Position numbers and translations under genes: made by a program
In this document: positions 1 to 9,554 of the stretch, in pieces
Numbering within the stretch: the stretch's first letter is position 1
Layout of the letters: each line of letters starts with the position of its first letter
The notes under the pieces: generated by a model
What the model was told of the DNA's origin: nothing
Database searches by the model: none
What the model saw: only the letters and a program-made list of their open reading frames with translations
Assembly: GCA_963719225.1 (NCBI GenBank)
Contig: CAVRAY010000001.1
Coordinates: forward strand, 3,584,001 to 3,648,000
From: Thermoanaerobaculia bacterium
Lineage (GTDB): Bacteria; Acidobacteriota; Thermoanaerobaculia; UBA5066
DNA: 64,000 bases
Direction of reading: 5' to 3'

Positions 1-2
1 TG

Positions 3-602
3 GATGGAAAGCCGACCGAGCTCCTCGACGCGCTCGAGGCCGTGCCCGTTTCTTACGTGACGGTGAGGCCGCGGCACATGTCGGAGGAACAGAGGGCGGC
101 GGCGGCGAAGCTCGTCGATGCCGGGCTCGCATCGCGGCGCCTCCTCTTCGTCCGGCGTTTCCTGCCAGACGACGAGCTGTACGCGGTCGTCAAGACCGAG
201 CCGTCCGCGAGGCCGCTCGAAAGCGCTCCCGTTCCAAGCGCGCCGGCGGGGACGGAATGGCCCGATCTCACGGGCTCGATCGACGAGCCCGCGGCGGACG
301 CGCGCGTGATCGGAAATCTCACGGTGCGGGGCTGGGCTCGCATCTCCGGCCGCGATCTCGAGGTGACCGTACTCATCGACAAGGCGCCGCGCATCCCGCT
401 CCGCGAGACGCGTTTTCGGCGGGCGGACGTGCAGGCCGTGCTCCCGTCACTCGGAGACTGCTCGACGGCAGGCTACGAGCAGGTCTTCGCCTTCCAGCCG
501 GGTGACGAGGGCGAACACGAGCTTTCGGTCGTCTTCCACGGCCCCGTAGATCGCGTGCGCCACTATCCGTGGCGGAAGTTCACGTGGAAGAAGGGTCCGT
601 GA
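3..602 (+). CDS. Partial (5'-truncated) hypothetical protein; C-terminal Ig-like domain, probably part of a surface-glycosylation membrane cluster
   Basis: Frame is open from position 3 (DGKPTELLDALEAVPVSYV...) to TGA 600-602. C-terminal 'GSIDEP...LTVRGWA...V.VLID' beta-rich segment; translationally coupled to the next gene. Confidence 0.55.
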   Translation, partial: DGKPTELLDALEAVPVSYVTVRPRHMSEEQRAAAAKLVDAGLASRRLLFVRRFLPDDELYAVVKTEPSARPLESAPVPSAPAGTEWPDLTGSIDEPAADARVIGNLTVRGWARISGRDLEVTVLIDKAPRIPLRETRFRRADVQAVLPSLGDCSTAGYEQVFAFQPGDEGEHELSVVFHGPVDRVRHYPWRKFTWKKGP

Positions 603-1054
603 GCACGATGTTTCGCCGCGCCGCGGCCGTCCTCGCCGCGCTCTCTCTCGCGGGATTCTGCGTGGCGGGAGCCGCGCGTCAATGGAAGCTCGCCCGCTCG
701 AGGCTCAAGTTCGGCTTCGAGCACGTCGCCGACCCGCTCCCCGTCGCGCGGCGCGTGATCTACGGCCCGCGCTTCATGCGCGGCATCGACGCGATCGCGG
801 CCGTCATCGCGCCCGACGGCTCGTACTGGCTCGTGGACGGGGGCGAGGACCCATCCGAAGGCTTTTTCGTCCGCACGGCGCTCGCGCCGCGCCGCGCCCA
901 CTATCTCGGACGCGTGTCGGCGATCGACGCGGGCGCGTTGCAGCGCGCTCTCTCCGAGAAGCCGCGTCCGTTTGTCGTCCTCGCCTGGCAGCCCGACGGG
1001 CCGCCTGCCCTCGTGAATCCCAGGCGTTTTCTGAAGGTCCCGGCCGCACCGTGA
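599..1054 (+). CDS. Hypothetical membrane-anchored protein
   Basis: GTGA overlap with the upstream stop; N-terminal hydrophobic helix (AAAVLAALSLAGFCVAGAA). Alternative ATG at 608. Confidence 0.55.
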   Translation: MSTMFRRAAAVLAALSLAGFCVAGAARQWKLARSRLKFGFEHVADPLPVARRVIYGPRFMRGIDAIAAVIAPDGSYWLVDGGEDPSEGFFVRTALAPRRAHYLGRVSAIDAGALQRALSEKPRPFVVLAWQPDGPPALVNPRRFLKVPAAP

Positions 1055-2475
1055 GCACAGCCGCCCGTATCGTCGCGTCGCTGGGGTCGGTCGCAATGTT
1101 CGCGGCCTGCGGATTCGCGCTGACAGCGTTCGTGCCCACTCTGCGCAAGAAACCTCTTGCCCCTCGGCTCGCATGGGCGTATCTCCTCGGTCTCGCGTAC
1201 GTCGGCGTCACGCTCTACTCCCTCAGCCATTGGGTCGGTCTCGATCTCCGACGCGGAATTGTCCTGACCGTCTGCGCCGTGCCAATCGTCCTCGCGCTCT
1301 GGAGAAGGAGAAGCGCAGCCGGCGAGAGAGCGCGCACACGGGCTCCTCTGTCTCCGATTCCGCGGGCGGCGTGCGTCGCCGCCGCGATCGCCGGGACCTT
1401 CGTATCCCTGGCCGTTCTCGCGCATGCGCTTTCGAGCGTGGAGTCCGGTTTCGATCCGCGGATGACCTGGAATGCCGCGGCGGTCTATGTGCGCGCCGCG
1501 CGCACGGTGGACCCGCCGGCCCTTCTAGATGTGAGCGTCTACCTGCAGAACCCCCGATATCCGCTCCTCCTCCCCGTCCTGCAGGTTGCCGGCCAGGAGG
1601 TCTTCGACACGGACGACGACGAGCGACTCCCTCGGCCGCTTTACGCCTTGCTTCTGCCGGTGCTCCTCCTGCTCGTCTTCGACGTCGCCCAGCCTCTCGC
1701 CGGAACACTTGCCGCCGCGCTCACCGTCTTCGCCGTCAGCTTTCTCCCTGGTATCGCGTTCGACGTGGACAGCGGCGCGATCACGTCATACAGCGATTTT
1801 CCGATGGGGCTTCTCTGGGGAGGCGGGCTCGCCCTGGTCTTTCGCGCTCCCTGGGGGCTCGCCGAAGGACTCGCCGGCGGGCTCCTCCTGGGAGGAGCGG
1901 CGCTCGCCAAGACCGAGGGGCTGCTGCTCGGCACCGTCGTGGTGGGGATCGCCTCGTTGCGCGTGGCCCGACGGCTCGTCGTGCGGCATCGCCGCAAGCT
2001 TCTGTGGCGGCCGGAGATCGTGCTTGCTGCCGGCGGCACCCTCGCCGTCTTCCTCTTCGCCGCGGCCCTGTACATGTCGTGGCGGGCCGGCATTCCGAAT
2101 CGAAACTCCGACGTCTTCAACCTACGTGGACTCATCCCGAGCATGACCGCACGGCTCCCGGTCGCTTTCCCTCTCATCGGTCGCCAGATGGCGAGACCCG
2201 AGGTCTGGAGCGGCTTCTGGTGGCTCGCTCCAGCGGTTTTCATCCTCGGAGCCCGGGCCTTCAGACACCCCCTGGCGCGACTGCTCGCGTACGCGATCGG
2301 GGGTGCGCTCTGCATCTATTTCGCGGCCTATGGCGCGAGCGCGTGGGTACCGGCGGACCTCGTCCGCCCGACGTGGAACCGATTCCTGTGCCAGCTCTCG
2401 CTGCCGGTCTTCGTCCTCTTCGCGATGGCCCTCGGGCGGGCGCTTCGAGGGTTCGACCGTCCTGCCGTAGCATGA
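1051..2475 (+). CDS. Polytopic membrane protein, probable GT-C-fold (ArnT/PMT-like) glycosyltransferase
   Basis: GTGA overlap start; many TM helices; 'FDPRMTWN', 'NPRYPLLLP', 'YSDFP' and 'AKTEG' motifs typical of GT-C membrane proteins. Confidence 0.55.
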   Translation: MSTAARIVASLGSVAMFAACGFALTAFVPTLRKKPLAPRLAWAYLLGLAYVGVTLYSLSHWVGLDLRRGIVLTVCAVPIVLALWRRRSAAGERARTRAPLSPIPRAACVAAAIAGTFVSLAVLAHALSSVESGFDPRMTWNAAAVYVRAARTVDPPALLDVSVYLQNPRYPLLLPVLQVAGQEVFDTDDDERLPRPLYALLLPVLLLLVFDVAQPLAGTLAAALTVFAVSFLPGIAFDVDSGAITSYSDFPMGLLWGGGLALVFRAPWGLAEGLAGGLLLGGAALAKTEGLLLGTVVVGIASLRVARRLVVRHRRKLLWRPEIVLAAGGTLAVFLFAAALYMSWRAGIPNRNSDVFNLRGLIPSMTARLPVAFPLIGRQMARPEVWSGFWWLAPAVFILGARAFRHPLARLLAYAIGGALCIYFAAYGASAWVPADLVRPTWNRFLCQLSLPVFVLFAMALGRALRGFDRPAVA

Positions 2476-2479
2476 GCGC

Positions 2480-3568
2480 GTGGATTACCGGTACGGCGAG
2501 CTGCCGCTCGATCTCCTCCAGTCGCTCCTGACGTACGAAGAGCTCCTGAAGCTCTTCCTCGACCTCGTTTCGCGTCTCGGCGGCGACGTCGAGCAGGCGA
2601 TGCAGTGGATGAAGGAGCTGCAGCGCCGCGGGATCATCGGCGAGAACATCGATCTCGAGGCTTTTCGGGCCGCGCTCGAGAAACAGGGGATCGTCGGCCG
2701 CAACAGCGAGGGAAACCTCGTGCTCCTCGGCTCCGGCGAGCGCCGCATCCGCCGCAACGCGCTCGAAGAGATCTTCAGCTCTCTCCAGAAGGCGGGTCCG
2801 GGCCTCCACTCGATCCCGCGCGCCGGCACCGGCGCCGAGGCGCTGCCCGAGACGCGCCCATACGAGTTCGGGGACGACGTCGCGCGCCTCGACGGCATCC
2901 GCACCGTGGCGAACGCCGCGCGGCGCGACCCGGAGGATCTCGCGCTCAGGCCGGACGACTTCGAGGTCTTCGACGTCGAGCACCAGAGCGCCTGCGCGAC
3001 GGCGATCGCGATCGACGTCTCGCACTCGATGATCCTGTACGGCGAGGACCGCTTCACGCCCGCGAAGAAGGTCGCGCTCGCGCTGACGGAGCTGATCCTC
3101 CAGAAATACCCCAAGGACACGATCGACATCGTGCTGTTCGGCGACGAGGCGAAGCCCGTTCCCCTCGAGGAGCTCAGCAAGGCGCAGGTCGGGCCTTTCC
3201 ACACGAACACGAAGGCCGGGCTCGGCGTCTCGCGGCAGCTCCTCATGCGCCGCCGCTCGCGCAACCGCCAGATCTTCATGATCACGGACGGCAAGCCCTC
3301 GTGCATCAACGAGGGCGGGCGGCTCTACAAGAACCCGTTCGGTCTCGACCTGAAGATCGTGAACCGCACGCTCGAGGAGGCCGAGAAGCTGCGGCGCGAC
3401 GGCATCCAGCTCACGACGTTCATGATCGCCACGGACCCCGCTCTCGTGGATTTCGTCGACACGCTCACGAAGGTCGCTCGGGGCCGGGCGTATTACGCCT
3501 CCCCCACCGATCTCGCCTCGTTCGTGTTCCGGGACTACATCCGCAACAGGAAGAAACTCTTCAAGTGA
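2480..3568 (+). CDS. VWA-domain protein
   Basis: MIDAS motif DVSHS, plus 'HTNT' and 'MITDG'. Confidence 0.85.
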   Translation: MDYRYGELPLDLLQSLLTYEELLKLFLDLVSRLGGDVEQAMQWMKELQRRGIIGENIDLEAFRAALEKQGIVGRNSEGNLVLLGSGERRIRRNALEEIFSSLQKAGPGLHSIPRAGTGAEALPETRPYEFGDDVARLDGIRTVANAARRDPEDLALRPDDFEVFDVEHQSACATAIAIDVSHSMILYGEDRFTPAKKVALALTELILQKYPKDTIDIVLFGDEAKPVPLEELSKAQVGPFHTNTKAGLGVSRQLLMRRRSRNRQIFMITDGKPSCINEGGRLYKNPFGLDLKIVNRTLEEAEKLRRDGIQLTTFMIATDPALVDFVDTLTKVARGRAYYASPTDLASFVFRDYIRNRKKLFK

Positions 3569-4038
3569 ATGCGCCGAGTCTGGTGATCACGGCGGGAATT
3601 GCAGTCGGGATTTTTTTGCTGGCAACCGGGGGCTTCGTTCTCGCGACACGACTCGTTGCCAGGCGGAAAGGGCGTATTTTCTTAGAAGGGTTAGGAGGGG
3701 TCGTGCGGATCGGGACGCCGTGCCTTCTGACCTCCGCAGCGCGCGGACGCGCGCTCATCCCCGGGACCGTCGCCCTCACTCCGGCCGGTCTCGCGTGGGA
3801 AGCGCTGTGGGGCCGCACGGGCTCTTACTCATTCGAAGAAATACAGCGTCTCGAAACCGACGACCGGACACAGGCCCGGAGAAGGTTCCTCCGAAGCAAG
3901 GTCCTTCGCGTCACGTCCGTCCGCGGCGAGGTCGTGGAGTTCGTGCTCTCCCCCGGCCACGCGTGGGAGTGGCGGCAGGCCCTCGGGGAATGGACGGCAG
4001 GCCGGGGCCGCATCGCCGGCGCCGTTGAAGGGAATTGA
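3565..4038 (+). CDS. Hypothetical membrane-anchored protein (possible PH/GRAM-like domain)
   Basis: GTGA overlap with the VWA stop; N-terminal TM helix followed by a beta-rich domain ending in a helix. Confidence 0.55.
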   Translation: MNAPSLVITAGIAVGIFLLATGGFVLATRLVARRKGRIFLEGLGGVVRIGTPCLLTSAARGRALIPGTVALTPAGLAWEALWGRTGSYSFEEIQRLETDDRTQARRRFLRSKVLRVTSVRGEVVEFVLSPGHAWEWRQALGEWTAGRGRIAGAVEGN

Positions 4039-4104
4039 ACAGGTCGCCGTCATTCTGCGCCGCAATATGACGGCTTGGTTCTCACTTCGCTTTGACAATC
4101 CCCG

Positions 4105-4959
4105 TTACGGTTCCGGCAGGAACGGCACGGTCCGCGCCGCGAGGCGCGGCGGAAGGCGGCGGGCGACGGTCCTTCGTATCTCGTCCGGGGTCGTGCGCAG
4201 CGTCAGGTGCGTGAGGACGAGGACTTCGTTCTCGAAGAGGTCCGCCCGCTCGGCGATCTCGTCGAGGTGGAGGTGCTTCCATGCCTCGGACCGCCCGCGG
4301 TCGCTTTCCTCCACGAACGAGCACTCGAGGAGGAGCACCTTCGCCGTGAAGAACGAGCGCGGCGCTCTCGCGAAAATACCGGCGCCCGTGTCGCCCGAAT
4401 AGGCGACGAGCGGAATCGACACCTTTCCCGCGACGGCCTCGCCGCGCGCGGCCGCGTCCCGGATCTCTTCCGGGGAGTGCCCCGCGAGGTCGTCGCGCAG
4501 GCGGTTGCGGATCTCGGAGGCGACGAAACCCAGGGTCGGGACGCGGTGGTCGGCCTCGAAGGCCTCGACCTCGAGGTCCTTCCGGAGGCTCACGCGCGCC
4601 CCGCTCTCCATCGCCTCGACGCGCGCGTCGTACCGCACGGCCTCGAGGGTCTCGTGGAGCGCGAGGAGCTCCGTCCATGCGGGGACCGCGGCGGGATGCG
4701 TTCGCACCGTCCCGCCCGGGAGGCGCAGGAGCCTTCGCTGCGAGCACCAGTAGGCGAGGCCGGCCCCGTGGTCGAGGTGCGCATGCGAGAGGAAGACGTT
4801 CGGCACCGGAACGAGGGCGGTGGGCGCGCGGCCGAGATCGAATGCGAGATGCAGCGTGGGCAGGTGAAACCACGTCTCGCGCCCCGCCACCGAGACGCCC
4901 CGGACGGGCAGACCCGCCCACGTGGCCTCGATCCGCCGCTCCCGAGCCTCGGGACTCAC
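4105..4959 (-). CDS. MBL-fold metallo-hydrolase, RNase Z-like
   Basis: HAHLDH motif, 'HRVPTLGF', 'YSGDT', 'LECSF', 'HLH', 'THL'. Start re-called at GTG 4959. Confidence 0.8.
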   Translation of the reverse strand: MSPEARERRIEATWAGLPVRGVSVAGRETWFHLPTLHLAFDLGRAPTALVPVPNVFLSHAHLDHGAGLAYWCSQRRLLRLPGGTVRTHPAAVPAWTELLALHETLEAVRYDARVEAMESGARVSLRKDLEVEAFEADHRVPTLGFVASEIRNRLRDDLAGHSPEEIRDAAARGEAVAGKVSIPLVAYSGDTGAGIFARAPRSFFTAKVLLLECSFVEESDRGRSEAWKHLHLDEIAERADLFENEVLVLTHLTLRTTPDEIRRTVARRLPPRLAARTVPFLPEP

Positions 4960-5022
4960 GGGCGCAGGATACGCTGCCGTCTTATACTTGCTTCTTCCAG
5001 GGGAAAGCGCGGAGGGGGACCC

Positions 5023-6399
5023 ATGGCCCTGTTCAACCACGCGACGAAGGAGTTGACGGCCAAGATCGTCTACTACGGTCCCGGACTGTGCGGAAAAACG
5101 AGCAATCTCAAGATGCTTCACCAGCGTCTCGAGCGCGGAGCCGGCAAGCTGCTCTCGCTTTCCACGGCTCAGGACCGGACGATCTACTTCGACCTCCTTC
5201 CGATCGAGCTGGGAAACATCAAGGGCTACACGGTGCGCTTTCAGGTGTGCACCGTTCCCGGACAGGTCTTCTACAACGAGACCCGCAAGATCGTCCTGCG
5301 GGGCGTGGACGGCCTCGTCTTCGTCGTCGACTCGCAGTGGTCGATGCTGTCCCACAACCTCGAGTGCTTCCAGAACCTCAAGGAGAACCTCCACGAGGAG
5401 AAGATCCTGCTGGAGACTCTGCCGGTCGTCATCCAGTACAACAAGCGCGACCTGCCGAGCGCGCTCTCGGTCGAGGCGCTGCAGGATTCACTCGGCTTCC
5501 ATTCGTATCCGTTCGTGGAGACCGTGGCCTCCGAAGGCTCGGGCGTCATCGAGACGTTCAAGCTCGTCAGCAAGCTCACGTTCGTCGATCTCCTTCGCCG
5601 CCTGCAGCGGGGATGGCAGCCGCCGGCCGAACCCGCCGCGGATCTCGTCGAGGCCCCGGCCGCCGTCGCCGCCGAGGCGCCGCCCGCGCCGCCCCTCGAA
5701 GTCGTCGCGCCGGCGCTCGAGGTCGCCGCCGACGAGGAGCACATCCTCGCCGTCGCGTCGAGCGCGACCGAGGCCGAGAGCCGCGAGGAGCTGCGGGACG
5801 GGGAAGCGGAAGTCTGGGTGGTCCCGTCCGCCGAAGGGGCCTTCCCCGATCTCACGGACGACTCGCCGGGTTCGTCCACGGAGCCCGCGGCCGAGCCCGA
5901 GTCGGCCGCCGAGCCTCCGCCATCCACACCGGAAGAGGTTGCGGAACCCGCGACTCTCGCGCCCGCGGTCCTCCTGGCGGCGCTCACGACACCGCCTTCC
6001 CCGACCGCAGCGCCCCCGCCGCCGCTTCCCGCCGCGTCGACCTCGTCGCCCGGAATCCCCTCCTTCGCGAGGTCGGCCTCGGTCGACGACAAGCTCAACG
6101 CCGTGCTCGCGGAAGCGCGCAAGTCTGCCGGAAGGGTGTCCGGCGTCTACCGCCGCCTCGAGTCACACGAAGGAAGCACGCAGGAGATCCCCGCGCGGGA
6201 CCTGACGGAACGCCGCCTCGAGGAATTGATCGCGGGGCTCCGCGCGGAGATGAGCGCCGAGATCGCCCGCCTGCGCGAGGACCTCGCCGCCGCGCAAAAG
6301 GCCGCTTCGGCCGCCGAGAGCGCCGCGTCCGAGGCCTCGGAACGCGCCCGCCGCCTGGAGGACGCTCTGCGGCAGGCCCTGCGCGGGCTCTCGGGCTGA
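5023..6399 (+). CDS. MglA-like small GTPase with a long acidic/Pro-rich linker and C-terminal coiled coil
   Basis: KIVYYGPGLCGKTSNL, DRTIYFD, TVPGQVFY and NKRDL are MglA family motifs; RBS GGAGG upstream of ATG 5023. Confidence 0.85.
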   Translation: MALFNHATKELTAKIVYYGPGLCGKTSNLKMLHQRLERGAGKLLSLSTAQDRTIYFDLLPIELGNIKGYTVRFQVCTVPGQVFYNETRKIVLRGVDGLVFVVDSQWSMLSHNLECFQNLKENLHEEKILLETLPVVIQYNKRDLPSALSVEALQDSLGFHSYPFVETVASEGSGVIETFKLVSKLTFVDLLRRLQRGWQPPAEPAADLVEAPAAVAAEAPPAPPLEVVAPALEVAADEEHILAVASSATEAESREELRDGEAEVWVVPSAEGAFPDLTDDSPGSSTEPAAEPESAAEPPPSTPEEVAEPATLAPAVLLAALTTPPSPTAAPPPPLPAASTSSPGIPSFARSASVDDKLNAVLAEARKSAGRVSGVYRRLESHEGSTQEIPARDLTERRLEELIAGLRAEMSAEIARLREDLAAAQKAASAAESAASEASERARRLEDALRQALRGLSG

Positions 6400-6406
6400 C
6401 GGCCTC

Positions 6407-6778
6407 CTACGTCAGCCGCTTCAGCGAAGCGCCGGACGCGAGCCTTCGGGAAAGAGCGAGGTGCAGCGTCTCGAGCTGCCTTTCCGAGAGCCCGACGAAC
6501 TCGCCGCCCGCCCTGTACATGAGCACGCGGTCGCCATTGTCGTCGGCGGCGAACCCGCCCGCGCGGCAGCGCGTGATCCTCACGAGGCCCGAGAAGGGGA
6601 CGCCGCCGAAGATCGCGTTGAGGTCGTACGTCGAGCCCGGACGCAGCGTCGAGGCGAGCTCGACGAGAAGGCCCGTCTCCGAGAGATTCAGGATCTCGAT
6701 CGCGAGCGTCGACTTGATGTGCCCGCGCGTTCCCTTCGCCAGCGATGTGCGAGGCGTGCGCCTCTTTTCTGTGACCAC
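6407..6778 (-). CDS. PilZ-domain protein
   Basis: EKRRTPR (RxxxR) and NLSETG ([D/N]xSxxG) c-di-GMP-binding motifs. Confidence 0.75.
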   Translation of the reverse strand: MVTEKRRTPRTSLAKGTRGHIKSTLAIEILNLSETGLLVELASTLRPGSTYDLNAIFGGVPFSGLVRITRCRAGGFAADDNGDRVLMYRAGGEFVGLSERQLETLHLALSRRLASGASLKRLT

Positions 6779-6834
6779 CGTGCCGTGCGCTCCGGACGGG
6801 GGAGTCTACGAGACTGGGGGCCCGCGTCAACGCC

Positions 6835-7728
6835 TCAGCTCGTCAACGCCTCCAGAAAACGGGGATCTTCGCGCCAGCCGGGCCGGGCGGCGACGACGAG
6901 GTCGAGAAAGAACCGCCCGCCGAGCGTCTTTTCGAGCTCGAGGCGGGCCGCGGTGCCTGCTTCCTTCAGGAGCCGGCCGCCCGCGCCGAGCACGATGCCC
7001 TTGTGCCCGTCGCGGTCCACGACGATCGTCGCCTTGACGACCGTGAGGTCCCCGGCTTCGTCGCGCTTCCACTCCTCCACGAGGACGCCGAGACCGTAGG
7101 GGATCTCCTGGCGGGTTCTTTCGAGAAACTTCTCGCGGATGAGCTCGGCGGCACGCGTCCTGGGATCCGCGGTCGTGACGGTCTCTGAGGGGAAGAGGTC
7201 GTCGCCCTCGGGGAGGTGGCGCCTCAGGACTTCGAGGAGCGCATCGAGCCCTTGGCCCGTGCGCGCCGAAACGGGGACGATCTCCTCGAAGATCCCGGGT
7301 TCTCCGAGCGCTCCCATCCGCGGAAGAAGAGAGGCGTTCGTGACGAGGTCGATCTTGTTCAGGACGGCGATGCGAGGCGCCGGCGCGTGTGCGAGGAGGT
7401 CCAGCGCGAAGCGGTCGCCCCCGCCGGACGGCACGGAGACGTCCACCACGAGAAGCCTCACGTCTTCCTCGCGGAGAGCCTCGAGAGCCTCCCCCATCAT
7501 CGCCTTGTTCAGGCGGTGAAGCGGCTTGTGGAGGCCCGGGGTGTCGACGAACACGATCTGGCCCTCGGGGTCCGTGCGGACGCCGAGGAGCCGTCGTCGG
7601 GTCGTCTGCGGCTTGTCGGACACGATCGCGACCTTCGTCCCGACGAGAGCGTTCAACAGCGTGGACTTCCCGGCGTTCGGCCGCCCGACGACCGCCACCG
7701 TGCCGGATCGCCGGTTCGGAAGGCTCAT
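6835..7728 (-). CDS. era: GTPase Era
   Basis: GRPNAGKS, KPQTTR, DTPG, NKID, and a KH domain with QEIPY. Confidence 0.95.
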   Translation of the reverse strand: MSLPNRRSGTVAVVGRPNAGKSTLLNALVGTKVAIVSDKPQTTRRRLLGVRTDPEGQIVFVDTPGLHKPLHRLNKAMMGEALEALREEDVRLLVVDVSVPSGGGDRFALDLLAHAPAPRIAVLNKIDLVTNASLLPRMGALGEPGIFEEIVPVSARTGQGLDALLEVLRRHLPEGDDLFPSETVTTADPRTRAAELIREKFLERTRQEIPYGLGVLVEEWKRDEAGDLTVVKATIVVDRDGHKGIVLGAGGRLLKEAGTAARLELEKTLGGRFFLDLVVAARPGWREDPRFLEALTS

Positions 7729-9023
7729 GGCCTGGTCTCGTGCTCCGGGACGCCGGCGTCCGCGCGACTCACGCGCAGGCGGTGGATCCTCCGGCGGTCG
7801 GCCTCCTCGACGAGGAACTGAAGTCCCGCCTCGTAGGCGGTCTCGCCGGCCTTCGGGATGCGTCCGAGGCGCTCCGAGACGAGACCGGCCACGGTCTCGT
7901 ACTCGCCCGCGGGAAACGTCACCCCGAAAAGGCTCGCGATCTCCGGAACCCTCACGCGCCCCGCAACCGAGTACGAGCCGTCGTCCTGCGCGACGACCGG
8001 AGGCTGCTCCTCCTCGTGCTCGTCCGCGATCTCGCCGACGAGCTCCTCCACGAGGTCCTCGAGAGTCGCGAGGCCGGTGACGGCCCCGTACTCGTCGACG
8101 ACGATGGCGAGGGGCTGCCGCCGCCGGCGGAAGTCCGACAGAAGCGTCGCGACCGTCTGCGTCTCCGGGGCGAAGAAGACCTGGCGCGCGACGGGGCGCG
8201 CCGTCGCCGGCGGGTCGGGTCTGCGAAGCACGGTGAAAACGTCCTTGACGTGGACGACGCCCACGGGCTTGTCGATCGAGCCTTCGACGAGCGGCAGCCG
8301 CGTGAACTTCGTCTTCACGAAGAGATCCGCGACTTCGTCGAGCGGCGCGTCGGCCTCGGCGAACACGATGTCGGGCCGCGGCGTCATGACCTCGCCGACG
8401 GTGCGGTCACCGAAATCCACGGCACGCGTGATGAGCTCCTCCTCGTGTTTTTCGAGCAGGCCTTCCTCGCGCGCGACGTCCAGGAGCGCTCGCACCTCGG
8501 CGTCCTTCGTCGCGTCTTCCTTCTCCGGCGCAGGAACGGCGTTCGCCTCGGTCTCGTCCGTCTCCTTCTCCACGAGGCGCGACAGAACCGGGTAGAGCGG
8601 CGCCGCGAGAAAGTCCACCGCGGGAATCACCCAGGCGAAGGACTGCAGGAGCGCGTCTCCGCCGCGGCGGGCGACCCATCGGATGACGAGACTCTCGGCG
8701 AGGATCCACCCGAGCAGGATCACGACGGCGGAGAGGAGCCACGGCTCGCCGACCCCGAGGGCTGCGAGCGCCGATCCGAGGCACAGGAGGCCTCCGAGGA
8801 CGGCGCCCTGCGCGGTCAGGCGCACGGCGATGCGCGAGACCCGCACGTGCTCGGAGGCGAGAAGCGTTCCGAAACGGGACGGGTTCGCCTCGAGAAGGGC
8901 TTTTCGGCGGAGAACCGAGAGACTCTCGAGGGCCTGGGCGAAGCCCGAGAACAGGACGTAGACGATCGCGAAGAACGCGGCGAAGAGGAGCGCGACGCCG
9001 GCGCCGACGGCGAACCCGATCAC
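7725..9023 (-). CDS. Hemolysin/CorC (CNNM, CBS-pair) family protein
   Basis: N-terminal TM segment, 'VMTPRPDI', 'VVDEYG...EDLVEELVGEIADE', CorC C-terminal domain; located between ybeY and era. Confidence 0.9.
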   Translation of the reverse strand: MIGFAVGAGVALLFAAFFAIVYVLFSGFAQALESLSVLRRKALLEANPSRFGTLLASEHVRVSRIAVRLTAQGAVLGGLLCLGSALAALGVGEPWLLSAVVILLGWILAESLVIRWVARRGGDALLQSFAWVIPAVDFLAAPLYPVLSRLVEKETDETEANAVPAPEKEDATKDAEVRALLDVAREEGLLEKHEEELITRAVDFGDRTVGEVMTPRPDIVFAEADAPLDEVADLFVKTKFTRLPLVEGSIDKPVGVVHVKDVFTVLRRPDPPATARPVARQVFFAPETQTVATLLSDFRRRRQPLAIVVDEYGAVTGLATLEDLVEELVGEIADEHEEEQPPVVAQDDGSYSVAGRVRVPEIASLFGVTFPAGEYETVAGLVSERLGRIPKAGETAYEAGLQFLVEEADRRRIHRLRVSRADAGVPEHETRP

Positions 9024-9517
9024 GGCACGCCGTCCGGGCCCTCACCGAAGGCCGAGAGGAGGATTCGCCGCTGCATCCGGAACATCGTGCCGCCGTCCGT
9101 CTCGTGATCGTAGCCGAGAAGGTGGAGAAGGCCGTGGGCCAGGAGGATCTGGACCTCGCGCCCCAGGCCGTGCCCCCGGTGCCGGGCCTGCCGGGCCGCG
9201 TACGGCACGTCGATGACGAGGTCGCCGAGAAAGGAAGACGAAAGAGAAGAAAGAGAAGATTCTTCGAATGGAAAAGAGAGAACGTCCGTCGGGCGGTCGA
9301 TGCGACGGAAGCGGCGATTGAGCGTTCTCATCCGCGCGTCGCCGCAGAGGAGCACCGAGAGAGAAAGAGGGCGCCTCGCGCCCGCCTTCGAAAGGAGGCT
9401 GAGGGTCCAGGCACGCACGCGGGCGGCCGGCGGCGCTCCTTTCACCGAGACGACGACATCGACGCCGACATCTCTCGCGCGCTTCGTCGGTGCGGCGTGC
9501 CGCAATGCCCTATTCAC
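9020..9517 (-). CDS. ybeY: rRNA maturation endoribonuclease YbeY
   Basis: PTDVLSF and [11 protein letters not shown] motifs; start uncertain. Confidence 0.92.
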   Translation of the reverse strand: MNRALRHAAPTKRARDVGVDVVVSVKGAPPAARVRAWTLSLLSKAGARRPLSLSVLLCGDARMRTLNRRFRRIDRPTDVLSFPFEESSLSSLSSSFLGDLVIDVPYAARQARHRGHGLGREVQILLAHGLLHLLGYDHETDGGTMFRMQRRILLSAFGEGPDGVP

Positions 9518-9554
9518 CTTCTAAGAAAATACGCCTTGACGAAAACCGGAGGCG

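Noticed and set aside
4046-4073. GCCGTCAT...ATGACGGC hairpin as a possible ncRNA
   Set aside because: A short stem between convergent genes; at most a terminator-like element, too little evidence to call.
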